This document shows, in pieces, positions 19,759 through 29,600 of a stretch of DNA of 64,000 nt. The notes beneath the pieces were generated by a model. It made no database searches. It was given only the letters and a program-made list of their open reading frames with translations, and was not told the DNA's origin. The position numbers and the translations under genes were made by a program. How positions within the stretch are numbered: position 1 is the first letter of the stretch; every line of letters starts with the position of its first letter. The stretch lies in sequence record SRR22947725_1140; one strand, 5' to 3'.

Positions 19759-20892
19759 TTATAATGCTTTCTTAAGAGTATCCTTAAGTTTCTCAAAATC
19801 TGATTGAGTATTCCATAGGTGAGGTGTAATTCGCAGGCTTCCACCACGCTCAGATAAGTATACATCAGATTTCACAAGCGTTGAGAGCAAGTCCGTAGGT
19901 GCCGATTTAGGTAATTTTACTCCTAAAAAGTGTGGGCCTCTTAAATATTCTGGTAATACTGATAAACCAAGACTTTCAAGTTCCTTAGAAAGATTTCGAT
20001 TATTTACTGCCAACGTAGTTTGGATGTTTTCTATGCCCCATTCCAAAATTTGTTTTAAAGCCTCTACCACACCTGGCATAAGAGCAAAGTTTGCTCTCTC
20101 ACCAACGTCATATCTATTAGCGCCTGGTTCATAATCAGCGGTGTAATTCACCAGACCTGAAAAATTTCTACTGTCTTTTCGAGTTATCCAGCCATTTTCT
20201 AATGGTTCTCCATCTCGCCACTTAGGGTCAACATACAAAAAACCTGTAGAATAAGGGCACAGCAACCATTTGTAACCTGCAACAACAGCAAAATCTGGAC
20301 GGATCTTACTAAAGTCTGTTTTCATAGCTCCTACTGACTGTGTAAGGTCAAGTACCAAAGCGGCTCCAACCTCATCACACTTTTGACGCACAGAAATCAG
20401 GTCCACTATAAGTCCATTTGTCCACAAAACATTAGGCAGCGCAACAACTGCCGTACTTTCATTAATAGAGTTTAAGACTTTTTCAGTAAGAGACATGTCA
20501 CTTGGTATTGAAATAGAGACTACTTTTCCACCTTGATTGCGTACAAGCCTTTGCCAAGGATAAACATTTGATGGAAACTGATTATCTAGGATTAAAACTA
20601 CCCTCCCATTCCCCACTTTGAGATTTTTTGCTGCAGTTTCAATTCCGTAAGAAGCAGAAGGGACAACAGCAACTCCTTGAACATCAACATTTACTAATCG
20701 AGAAAAAAGTAATCTGGCCTCATCAACGGATTCATAAAAATCAGGAATTGTTATTTCCCAAGGGCTTTCTTTTTGTCGAAGTCCTTTCTCACTCGCTAAA
20801 ACTACCGATTTAAGCAGTGGCGACATATAGGCTGTATTTAAATATGCTATTTCTTCTGGAATAGTAAAAAAATCACGTTGACAAGAAATCAT
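19759..20892 (-). CDS. Class V PLP-dependent enzyme (cysteine desulfurase / C-S lyase-like)
   Basis: YLNTAYMSP, FPSNVYPW, DLTQSVGA, GYKWLLCP (PLP Lys) and LRITPH. Confidence 0.85.
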   Translation of the reverse strand: MISCQRDFFTIPEEIAYLNTAYMSPLLKSVVLASEKGLRQKESPWEITIPDFYESVDEARLLFSRLVNVDVQGVAVVPSASYGIETAAKNLKVGNGRVVLILDNQFPSNVYPWQRLVRNQGGKVVSISIPSDMSLTEKVLNSINESTAVVALPNVLWTNGLIVDLISVRQKCDEVGAALVLDLTQSVGAMKTDFSKIRPDFAVVAGYKWLLCPYSTGFLYVDPKWRDGEPLENGWITRKDSRNFSGLVNYTADYEPGANRYDVGERANFALMPGVVEALKQILEWGIENIQTTLAVNNRNLSKELESLGLSVLPEYLRGPHFLGVKLPKSAPTDLLSTLVKSDVYLSERGGSLRITPHLWNTQSDFEKLKDTLKKAL

Positions 20893-21017
20893 TTCATCCT
20901 CTTATAAGTTATAATTACGTGGACAAATTTTTAAATAAGCCTAGACCCCTTCGTCTTTGCAGTAAAGAAACGAGTATCAAAAATTTCTATTAACTCATGG
21001 TAACAGATATCTTATTA

Positions 21018-21059
21018 TTTGTGATCACAAAATAATATATTGTATTTTTTGTGATCACA
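21018..21059. promoter_or_regulatory. Tandem palindromic operator TGTGATCACA x2
   Basis: TTTGTGATCACAAA at 21018-21031 and TGTGATCACA at 21050-21059. The two cores are exactly 30 bp apart, upstream of the class V enzyme gene. Confidence 0.65.
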
Positions 21060-21090
21060 TAATTTTACTAAAGCGTGCCCTTTTTAAATT

Positions 21091-22473
21091 TTATATTGGA
21101 TCAACCACTTTTATAGTGCTCCCGATTACTTTTCCAGCATCTAATAAAAGGTCTTCTCTGTAGGGGTTGGAAACTACTTGAATACCAATAGGTCTATCAT
21201 TTACCATGCCAGTAGATACTGTAAGTCCAGGCAAACTTACAAATGGAAGACCTATCTGTGTCATCTGGGCCTCAATTATTGATTCAAAATTCTGATCAGA
21301 ACTTACATCTTTATGTTGATCAAAAGGTAATTCACCAGATACTGGGCACAACATAATTGGATATTCGTCAAGAAATAACCGCCAAGATCGTACCAATGAT
21401 GCACGCGATTGTAAGACTTTCATAACAACGGCTAAGTCAACAGGAGGACAAAGCTCTTTTAGTCGTTGGTAAACGATATTCGCGTCCGGATCATTCTCTT
21501 TAACGACTGCCTCTTCAGCACCATGTTTCATTTCTGCCATCCATAAAATTAATTGATTTTCCATTGCCTGTCTAAGAGGTGGCGTATCGACTTCATCTAT
21601 CTTCCAGCCAGCATTTTCTAATAATTTCGCAGAAGAAAGTAACGCATTTTTAACTTCTGTGGAAACTTTCATACCGTCTGGAGAGAGGCATAACGCTACT
21701 TTTTTTGGCCTTGGTTCACCTACTAATGGAGCTGGAACATACCAGGGGTCATTAAAATCTGAGTTAGACATTGCAGTAAGGCTAACCCTTAGATCCTGAA
21801 TAGACCTCGCTATAGGACCAGAAACTGCCATTAACTGACCGCCAATAAACCTATCTGAACCACTAAAATTATGAGCAGGCACTCGACCCAAAGATGGCCT
21901 CAGCCCATGAACACCGCATGCATAGGCAGGATACCGTATGGAACCTGCTATATCAGTTCCGTGCCCAACAGCCCCCATTCCTGCCGCAACGGCTGCTGCA
22001 GCGCCACCAGACGAGCCACCTGGAGTTATATTTTTATTCACAGGGTTTAACGTATTTCCATGAAGAGTATTCCTAGTAAACCAGCGAAGTGAAAAAGCTG
22101 GAGTATTGGTGCGGCCTATAATAATTGCTCCTGCCTTTTCTAAATTATTAACTATTGGGTTATTGTGTTTTGCAATCAAATCTTTTTGTATTTTCAAGCC
22201 ATTTGTTGTGGCATACCCAGCTTGATCAATATTAACTTTTACGGTTACTGGAACTCCACCAAGTATTCCAATATCGTCACCATCTTTTATTTTTTTGTCT
22301 AAGAGGTCAGCCTGCTCTAATGCATTACTACCCATACTTGATACTACAGCATTAATTTTTGGATTAACATCTTCGCTCCGAGCAATCGCACTGGCAACCG
22401 ATTCTCGGACAGAAATCTCTTTATCCTTAATTTTTTTTGTTATTTCCGTTGCTGTTAGTTGCCAAAGTTCCAT
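21091..22473 (-). CDS. Amidase-signature family amidase
   Basis: GVPVTVK (catalytic Lys), GRTNTP, TPGGSSGG and GTDIAGSIRYPA (Ser-cisSer-Lys triad). Confidence 0.93.
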   Translation of the reverse strand: MELWQLTATEITKKIKDKEISVRESVASAIARSEDVNPKINAVVSSMGSNALEQADLLDKKIKDGDDIGILGGVPVTVKVNIDQAGYATTNGLKIQKDLIAKHNNPIVNNLEKAGAIIIGRTNTPAFSLRWFTRNTLHGNTLNPVNKNITPGGSSGGAAAAVAAGMGAVGHGTDIAGSIRYPAYACGVHGLRPSLGRVPAHNFSGSDRFIGGQLMAVSGPIARSIQDLRVSLTAMSNSDFNDPWYVPAPLVGEPRPKKVALCLSPDGMKVSTEVKNALLSSAKLLENAGWKIDEVDTPPLRQAMENQLILWMAEMKHGAEEAVVKENDPDANIVYQRLKELCPPVDLAVVMKVLQSRASLVRSWRLFLDEYPIMLCPVSGELPFDQHKDVSSDQNFESIIEAQMTQIGLPFVSLPGLTVSTGMVNDRPIGIQVVSNPYREDLLLDAGKVIGSTIKVVDPI

Positions 22474-22501
22474 TACTCTAATTCCTTTTTAATTCAACAA
22501 A

Positions 22502-23146
22502 TTATAAAACTAGCGAACCAAGAGCCATTGATACCGCGGCCTGAGTAGGGTCTATTATTGGTACATTCAATTCTTTTTCTAGCTCTAGCCGATGCGTCGC
22601 CATTCCCGCACAACCTAAAATTATTACGTCTGCTCCATCTTTTAATAATTTTCCTCCTATTTCAATCAGTTTCTCAAAAGTGTGAGCACCTTGTGCAGTC
22701 TGATCTACCGTCATATCTAACGAACGTTCATTAGCTAACCTTGAAGCAAAGCCCATCTTCTCGATATAGGTTCTATGCCGACTGATAGATCCTTCAGAAA
22801 TTGCTATTACACCGAATCTTTTACCTCGAGAAAGAGCCGTTAATATCCCAGACTCTGCAATTCCATAGATTGGAGTTTTAATAGCAGACCTCAACAGGTC
22901 AATCCCCGGATCGGAGTAGCATGCGATTACATAGGCTCCAGCATCTTTATGGTTTTTTATTTGTTCGAATATATCAGGAACAACAGATTCAGAATCTAGT
23001 TTACTTTCAATTCCAAATGGCCCTTTTGAATTCGTTACACATATGATCTCAGGACCTCCTTGGAAACGGTAAGCCTCAAGTGCCTTATCGAGACCATCAG
23101 TTACCACTTTATTAGAGTTTGGGTTAATAACCACAATTGATTTCAT
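22502..23146 (-). CDS. Asp/Glu/hydantoin racemase family protein
   Basis: VINPNS, IACYSDPG and ILGCAGM (two catalytic Cys), PIIDPTQAA. Confidence 0.9.
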   Translation of the reverse strand: MKSIVVINPNSNKVVTDGLDKALEAYRFQGGPEIICVTNSKGPFGIESKLDSESVVPDIFEQIKNHKDAGAYVIACYSDPGIDLLRSAIKTPIYGIAESGILTALSRGKRFGVIAISEGSISRHRTYIEKMGFASRLANERSLDMTVDQTAQGAHTFEKLIEIGGKLLKDGADVIILGCAGMATHRLELEKELNVPIIDPTQAAVSMALGSLVL

Positions 23147-23178
23147 AAACCACTAACCTTTATTCTTGAAATCAGCAT

Positions 23179-24618
23179 TTAAAAGAAACTTTCAACATCA
23201 AGCTCAGGAGCAGGTTTTCCACCAAATCCAGTAAGATCTATCTTTTCTCTAGGAGTAAATTTTCCATGGGAATGATCTCCCACAAGCTTCCCGTTTAAAA
23301 TCACAGCAGACCCCCGACTTATCACACTAACTGGCCATCCCTTTACCTCCATATCCAAGAATGGGGTATAATCCATTGCATCATGCTGATCCTCTACAGT
23401 CACTATTCGAGTAAGCTCTGGGTCCCAAATTGCTAAATCTGCATCAGCCCCAATAGAAATGGACCCCTTTTTTGGCAACATACCGTAAGTACGAGCTGCA
23501 TTTGTTGAGCTTAATTCAACAAACTTCTGGAGAGTTATACGGCCCTTGTTAACCCCTTCTGAAAATAACAATGGCAAACGCATTGCAATACCAGGCATAC
23601 CATTTGCAATCTGTTGAAATGGTGCGTTAGATCCCTTTGCTAATTTTCCAGTTTCATCAAAACGGTAAGGAGAATGGTCCGAAGAAAAAACTGTAAAAGT
23701 ACCTATTTGTAGATGCTTCCATAATTCATCTTGAGTTTTTTTATCTCGGAGTGGTGGAGAACATATAAATTTTGCCCCCTCCATTCCGGGTCTATCAAGA
23801 TCATTACGATCTAAAAATAAGTATTGTGGGCAGGTTTCACTAAAAATCTTTAAGCCTTGGTTTTTCGCCTCTAATACTAAAGCTGCTCCCTGAGCAGTTG
23901 AAACATGTACGATCATCAATGGGGCATCAACAAATTTTGCTAACATTATAGCTCGATTTATTGCTTCAACTTCAGCGATTTCTGGATGACTAATTGCGTG
24001 ATATCGAGGCTTAGTATATCCGCCCTTAATAAGCTTATCTGAAACCCATTTAATTATTCCACTATTTTCAGCATGAACCATAGTCAAAACACCGTGTTCT
24101 TTTGCAGCAGTAAGGATTTCTAGGAATTGTTCATCACTTACCTTCATCAAGTCATAAGTCATAAATACCTTAAAGGAAGTTATACCTCTCGCAACAGCTT
24201 CTGATAGTTCTCGTGTCATCACATCTGGTGTAGGGTCTGCTATTATTAAATGGTAACTATAATCTATTACTGATGAGTTTTTTGAACGACTATCATATAA
24301 GTCTAAGGTTTCGTTTATTCCCGTTCCACGATGCTGTGCTGCGAAAGGAATAAAGCAAGTATTACCACCAAAGGCAGCACTTACGCTTCCGCTTTGATAG
24401 TCATCTGAAGTCATACCGCCAGTGGCACTTTCTTGAGCAATATGACAGTGTGCTTCAATCCCTCCTGGTAGTACTAACTTATTAGTAGCGTCAATCTTTT
24501 TTCTACCTTTTAAATTTGTTCCCAGAGTAGCTATCTTTCCATCAATTATACCGACATCACCCTTGTAACTTTCAGTAGCAGTTACAACAGTACCCCCCTC
24601 AACAACTAAATCATACAA
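23179..24618 (-). CDS. hydA: Dihydropyrimidinase / D-hydantoinase
   Basis: PGGIEAHCH, SFKVFMTY (carbamylated Lys), VHAEN, VHVST, ETCPQYL, SPPLR and SSDHSP. TTG start after AGGGAG. Confidence 0.9.
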   Translation of the reverse strand: MYDLVVEGGTVVTATESYKGDVGIIDGKIATLGTNLKGRKKIDATNKLVLPGGIEAHCHIAQESATGGMTSDDYQSGSVSAAFGGNTCFIPFAAQHRGTGINETLDLYDSRSKNSSVIDYSYHLIIADPTPDVMTRELSEAVARGITSFKVFMTYDLMKVSDEQFLEILTAAKEHGVLTMVHAENSGIIKWVSDKLIKGGYTKPRYHAISHPEIAEVEAINRAIMLAKFVDAPLMIVHVSTAQGAALVLEAKNQGLKIFSETCPQYLFLDRNDLDRPGMEGAKFICSPPLRDKKTQDELWKHLQIGTFTVFSSDHSPYRFDETGKLAKGSNAPFQQIANGMPGIAMRLPLLFSEGVNKGRITLQKFVELSSTNAARTYGMLPKKGSISIGADADLAIWDPELTRIVTVEDQHDAMDYTPFLDMEVKGWPVSVISRGSAVILNGKLVGDHSHGKFTPREKIDLTGFGGKPAPELDVESFF

Positions 24619-24647
24619 CTTAAATACTCCCTTTACTTAAAATAGTC

Positions 24648-25607
24648 TCAATAATTATCGATGACTGAGCCCAAACCAGTGGTTTTTAATTTATAATCCA
24701 AACGTTTCATTAGCCGACTTAATTCATCATAATCAATCTTAGACATATTCACCCTTGGCAATCGCACAAAAGGACTTTTAATAAGTTTTTTACGATATAA
24801 AATCTCTTTCCTAATAGACATTCCAATACCAAGTTGTTGGTCATATCTAATTAATGGTAGAAATGTGTCAAAAATGTCTTCAGCTTCATCTATATTTCCT
24901 GCTCTATAAAGACCCTCCACAGCAACTAACATTTTCACATAAGGAAAACCTGTCATCGCCCCATCGGCACCGCGCCCTAATTCTTGAGGTAAAAACAAGG
25001 CGGCATTACCAACCAATATTGATAGTCTTGGTATCTCATCATTACCAGATCCACTTCTAATTACACTTAACTTATTCAAACCAGGCCAATCTTCATGCTT
25101 AAACATTACCATTTGTGAATGTTTTTTTGCTAACCTTAAAACAGTTTCAGCTGATATATGAACACCTGTTGTTTGTGGAAAGTCTTGATAGCATATCGGG
25201 ACATTTGCGCCAATTTGTTCACACACTATATCAAAATAATTAAGAATCTTTTGTTCTGTATTTAAACCAGGAGTAGGGGCAATCATAACCCCAGCTGCTC
25301 CTACATCCATTGAGAGCTTACTAAGGGATTCCATTGCATTAACACCTGATGAAGAAATACCTACAATAACCGGAACCTTATTATTAACTCGCTTAATAAA
25401 CGCTGAAACAAATTGGTTTGATTCCTCTAGGCTCAGCTTATTAGCCTCACCCATCATGCCTAAAATCGTAATTCCTGAAACACCAGACTCAATGTAATAC
25501 TCAACTAAAGTCTCAATACTATTATGATCGACAGCACCCTTTTCTGTGAACGGTGTGGCAGAGATTATATAAACTCCATTAGTATTTCTATTAATCATGA
25601 CATTCAT
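24648..25607 (-). CDS. Dihydrodipicolinate synthase (DapA) family class I aldolase, non-DapA subfamily
   Basis: ATPF, LGMMGEA in place of GTTGE, YQDFP, FKHED Schiff-base Lys and GAMTGF. Confidence 0.88.
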   Translation of the reverse strand: MNVMINRNTNGVYIISATPFTEKGAVDHNSIETLVEYYIESGVSGITILGMMGEANKLSLEESNQFVSAFIKRVNNKVPVIVGISSSGVNAMESLSKLSMDVGAAGVMIAPTPGLNTEQKILNYFDIVCEQIGANVPICYQDFPQTTGVHISAETVLRLAKKHSQMVMFKHEDWPGLNKLSVIRSGSGNDEIPRLSILVGNAALFLPQELGRGADGAMTGFPYVKMLVAVEGLYRAGNIDEAEDIFDTFLPLIRYDQQLGIGMSIRKEILYRKKLIKSPFVRLPRVNMSKIDYDELSRLMKRLDYKLKTTGLGSVIDNY

Positions 25608-25702
25608 ATTTTTACCTCTATTTAACTTAAATATTTTTGTAGTAATACTAACTAATTAATATCCTGATTTATACGAAAAAAAATATCACATCAGAATTCA
25701 AC

Positions 25703-26602
25703 CTATGACTTATTATCAAAGAAAATTCCAAATGAGTAAATTATTAATGACAGCCAGATAATAGAAAATGAGATAAATTTAATAGTACCAAATTGTTCCT
25801 TAAATATAAATATCGCAATTAAAAACATCATTGTAGGTGCTAGGTATTGAAGAATGCCAATAGTAGAAAGTCGGAGCAATTTTGCACCATTGGCAAATAA
25901 TAGTAATGGCCCTGCTGTCACTACTCCGCATCCTAAGAGCAAGAAAACCTCTGTAGAGCTCCGCCCCCCAAAGTATCCGCCAACAATCTCTAGATAAATA
26001 ATATAAGCTATTGCCATAGGAGCCAGTAAAAGAATCTCTAAAAAGAAGCCTTGATTTGGTCCTATTGGAAGTGATTTTTTTAAAAAACCATAAATCCCCC
26101 AACTAAATGTCATACCAAGAGAGATGTAAGGAGGATGTCCGTAGTCCCAAGTCAACAAACCAACAGCAAAAGCTACAAAAATGATAGCCACCCACTGAAC
26201 TCTATTCAATTTCTCCCTCAAAAAAACAGCACCCAGAAAGATACTAAATAACGGGTTTATAAAATATCCTAATGCTGCGTCTAATGCATGGCCTGACGTT
26301 ATTGCCCACACATAAAGACCCCAATTAATCGAAAGTAAAAATGCTGTTAAAATGGACGTCAGTACCTGTCTTGGATCTTTTAAAGCAGACAATACATTCC
26401 TCATGTTTCCGCGTAAAATGATAATGATGCCTACGATAGGTAATGACCAAATAATCCTATGCCCAATGATCTCTAGAGTCGGAATATGCGACATAGCTTT
26501 CATATAAAGAGGTAAAACTCCCCATAAAAAATAAGCAGATGCTCCGTAAAACAACCCCATAGACGTATCATTATTCTTTTCAACAGATATTGAAGGACCC
26601 AT
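25703..26602 (-). CDS. rarD: EamA family transporter RarD
   Basis: AYFLWG, HRIIWS, NWGLYVWA, LGYFINPL and GILQYLAP. Confidence 0.92.
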   Translation of the reverse strand: MGPSISVEKNNDTSMGLFYGASAYFLWGVLPLYMKAMSHIPTLEIIGHRIIWSLPIVGIIIILRGNMRNVLSALKDPRQVLTSILTAFLLSINWGLYVWAITSGHALDAALGYFINPLFSIFLGAVFLREKLNRVQWVAIIFVAFAVGLLTWDYGHPPYISLGMTFSWGIYGFLKKSLPIGPNQGFFLEILLLAPMAIAYIIYLEIVGGYFGGRSSTEVFLLLGCGVVTAGPLLLFANGAKLLRLSTIGILQYLAPTMMFLIAIFIFKEQFGTIKFISFSIIWLSLIIYSFGIFFDNKS

Positions 26603-26767
26603 GAATTACCTATACTTTCTCAATGGAATCTGATTTCAAACGTATAAGCTATCTAAAATCACTGTAGTTATGACGTACCCTAAAGAAGATTACCTAACAA
26701 GAGATACTCTAAATACTCAAATAATTAATCTTTGTTCCTTAGAGACTTTACTGGAAACTAAATAAAT

Positions 26768-27736
26768 ATGTCCAAGTTTTTTATTATTGACCCAAAATTT
26801 TTGGGTCCATTATACGCCATGGGAGCTATGTTTTGCTTTTCTTTGAATGATGTTTCGATAAAGTACTTATCCTCCGAGTATCCCTTACATGAAGTAATTC
26901 TTATCAGATCATCATTGAGTTTACTTTTTATTGTTTTGTTCTTATTTCCCTTCAATGGTGGCCTAAGTGCAATTAAAACAAATCTTTTAGCTATTCATAT
27001 TGTACGTGGCTGCTGTGTTGTCTTTGCCAATATGTTTATGTTTATGGGTTTGGCAGCTTTGCCAATAGCTGATGCTGTAGCTATATTCTTTGTATCTCCA
27101 TTACTTATAACAATTCTTTCGATTATATTTCTGAAAGAATATGTAGGCATATGGCGGTGGATAAGTATTGGTATAGGGCTCTTAGGGGTCTTAATTATCT
27201 CAAGACCTGGCAGCTCTGCATTTCAAATAGCTGCAATATATCCTATGTTGGGAGCACTAAGTTATGCATTTTTACATATATTGACTCGAAAGATTCGAGC
27301 AACCGAAAGTGCCGCTACTATGGCATTCTACATCCAGTTTACCTTTGTTGTTGTCGCCTGCTTAATAGGCTTAACATTAGGTGATGGTAGTTTAGACATC
27401 AGTGATGACCCCTCACTTAGTTTCTTGTTACGGAAGTGGATCATTCCCAATCTTTGGGACTATTGGATTTTTCTTTTAATCGGGCTCGCAACAGCTCTAG
27501 GTGGGCTTTTAATTTCGCAAGCGTACCGAATTGGAGAGGCTGCGTACGTTGCACCTTTTGAATACATCGCACTACCAATTTCAATTTTCTGGGGCATAAC
27601 AATATTTTCTGAGTGGCCAATTCTATCCGGATGGATTGGTATTTTTCTGATTTTATCGTCTGGCCTGTTTATGATATGGCGTGAGTCGATAAAAAACAAA
27701 AAACACCTGCAGGATGTTTCAAAAATTAGGCAGTGA
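26768..27736 (+). CDS. DMT (EamA) family transporter
   Basis: About 10 TM segments; FLKEYVG.WRW and APFEY motifs. Confidence 0.88.
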   Translation: MSKFFIIDPKFLGPLYAMGAMFCFSLNDVSIKYLSSEYPLHEVILIRSSLSLLFIVLFLFPFNGGLSAIKTNLLAIHIVRGCCVVFANMFMFMGLAALPIADAVAIFFVSPLLITILSIIFLKEYVGIWRWISIGIGLLGVLIISRPGSSAFQIAAIYPMLGALSYAFLHILTRKIRATESAATMAFYIQFTFVVVACLIGLTLGDGSLDISDDPSLSFLLRKWIIPNLWDYWIFLLIGLATALGGLLISQAYRIGEAAYVAPFEYIALPISIFWGITIFSEWPILSGWIGIFLILSSGLFMIWRESIKNKKHLQDVSKIRQ

Positions 27737-27765
27737 TATTGTAAAAGTTATATTTAGGAGGTTAA

Positions 27766-28206
27766 ATGTTTTTCGAAGATTTTACTATGGATTTCGAGTT
27801 CCAAACTAGTTCAAGAAAAATTTCTAAAAAAGAAATTCTTAATTTTGCTCTCGAGTGGGACCCACAAAGTTTTCATATCGATGAAGTGGCGGCACAGCAA
27901 TCACCTTACGGGGGTATTATTGCAAGTGGATGGCAGACACTTCTAGTAGCATTTAAGCTTATTCTAGATACTAAACTTTTTAGTGAAAGCTCTATTGGTT
28001 CTCCAGGAATGAATTACGTAAAATGGATTTTACCAGTCCGTCCTGATAATAGTTTACAGGTTTTTGGTAAGGTAGTAAGCTGTAAAAAATCAAAGTCAAA
28101 ACCAGATCGAGGATTTGTAAATATAGCCTATAGCGTAATACGAAATAAAGACGAGTTAGTTTGCTCTTATGAGGCAACTCACCTTTTATGGTGCAGAAAT
28201 AATTAA
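27766..28206 (+). CDS. MaoC family (hot-dog fold) dehydratase
   Basis: FA.EWDPQ.FHIDE.AA..SPYGGIIASGW and W..PVRP motifs. Confidence 0.88.
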   Translation: MFFEDFTMDFEFQTSSRKISKKEILNFALEWDPQSFHIDEVAAQQSPYGGIIASGWQTLLVAFKLILDTKLFSESSIGSPGMNYVKWILPVRPDNSLQVFGKVVSCKKSKSKPDRGFVNIAYSVIRNKDELVCSYEATHLLWCRNN

Positions 28207-28253
28207 GCACCTAGACTTTATTGATCTGGGTATTAAATTATAGAAATTTAATT

Positions 28254-29054
28254 TTACTCTGAAACTTTCAGTTCTACTGCTCCGATACCATTTACCTCAT
28301 AAGATATAGTATCACCACTTTTCGGAAACATTGTCGCAAAGGTTGAACCAGTCATAATTAATTCATTCGCTTTAAGTAGCCGCCCACGCTTGTTAAGAAA
28401 ATTTGCAATCCAAGCAACCGAATTAAAAGGGTCACCCAATGCAGCACCTGTGGTTGAAGTTTCTATTTGATCATTCACTGTTTTCTTTACAACAGTTTTA
28501 TCAAACTCTAAGTGTTTCCAACTTTCATTTTCCTTTCCTAAAACTGCCCCTCCAAACCAACTATTATCTGAAACAAGTGAATTAACCTCTAAGTTGTTAT
28601 AGTTGGCGTTACGATCATCTATTAGCTCAAACGATGTACTAACTGCTTTCACAAACTCTTTTACGTTCTCTGAGGTCCACAAATTTGAACTTTTTGGCAT
28701 ATCAGCACCAATTCTCACTGCTAACTCAAACTCGACACCTAAATGACCAAAATTAGATAGTTGGACAGTTTGATTACCATGGTAAATCTGCGAGCGGTAA
28801 AGACGCCCAATACACGGATGGTCTAAACCTACCAACTCTTGAATAGGTTTAGAAGTAAGGGCGAGCTTATAACCTACTACTGGCCCAAGTTTTTGTTCCC
28901 ATTCCTTGATAAGGAACTCTTGGACAGTATATGCATCTTCTAGTGTTTCAACAGCAAAACACCCAGGAACAGAACAAAAGTTTTTTCCTCGTTTATGTTG
29001 ATCTTCTACCCAGTCTGCAGCATTTTTTAACTTCTCTAACTTTCCTTGATCCAT
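28254..29054 (-). CDS. 2-keto-4-pentenoate hydratase-like (MhpD / FAH superfamily) protein
   Basis: GYKLALTS, VEFELA, FELIDDR, DNS, LGDP..SV.W and IMTGS. Start ATG 29054 preferred; the track gives 29099. Confidence 0.85.
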   Translation of the reverse strand: MDQGKLEKLKNAADWVEDQHKRGKNFCSVPGCFAVETLEDAYTVQEFLIKEWEQKLGPVVGYKLALTSKPIQELVGLDHPCIGRLYRSQIYHGNQTVQLSNFGHLGVEFELAVRIGADMPKSSNLWTSENVKEFVKAVSTSFELIDDRNANYNNLEVNSLVSDNSWFGGAVLGKENESWKHLEFDKTVVKKTVNDQIETSTTGAALGDPFNSVAWIANFLNKRGRLLKANELIMTGSTFATMFPKSGDTISYEVNGIGAVELKVSE

Positions 29055-29085
29055 TTTTTCGCAAACCCTACTAAATATTAATTTA

Positions 29086-29379
29086 TTAAAGATATTCAAC
29101 TTCTATAAAACTACACGCGAATTCATTCCCATTAATTACATCGTGCTTTACACCTTTTCCTCTAAAGTAGGGTTTTCCAAGCTCAAGTTTGCTTTTACTA
29201 ATAGTCTTACCGTCATCAATTTCCAGTATGCCCGAAAACATAGGTATGACTGAGTAATCACATCCATGTTCATGCCAACCCGTATTGTCTCCATAACCAG
29301 AAAATGACCACTCTGTTATTCGAGTAATATCGTTTTCGAGCAAAACCTTTCCAACAGCTAATTTTTTTTGTCTTTTCAT
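29086..29379 (-). CDS. Small cupin-domain protein (BauB-like)
   Basis: RITEWSF...TGWHEH..DYSVIP...PYFR..GVKHDVIN...FIEVE. Start MKRQ (ATG 29379). Confidence 0.8.
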   Translation of the reverse strand: MKRQKKLAVGKVLLENDITRITEWSFSGYGDNTGWHEHGCDYSVIPMFSGILEIDDGKTISKSKLELGKPYFRGKGVKHDVINGNEFACSFIEVEYL

Positions 29380-29600
29380 ACTTAAAATCCTTTTTTTAAA
29401 TCTTTGTGATAAGAGATATTTGTAATACTTAATACTAGAGTTGCAAACGAAAACCCAAATTTCAACCCTTCTAATCAAGCTTCACATTAGACTGGAAATT
29501 AGTATTTTATTACTTAGTGAGAAATATATTTTTGTATGACATTAAACTTTAAAAATAATAAACTCCGGTATAGAGTTTCGTAAAATCAAATGGAGGAAAA

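Noticed and set aside
19759..20892. Class V enzyme as a PucG-type ureidoglycine aminotransferase completing allantoin catabolism
   Set aside because: Its motifs (YLNTAY, FPSN..PW, YKWLL.P) fit the desulfurase/lyase-like subgroup, not the alanine-glyoxylate/PucG subgroup.
24648..25607. Calling this gene dapA (lysine biosynthesis)
   Set aside because: It lacks the GTTGE motif (has GMMGE), has KHED at the Schiff-base Lys, and sits in a catabolic context.
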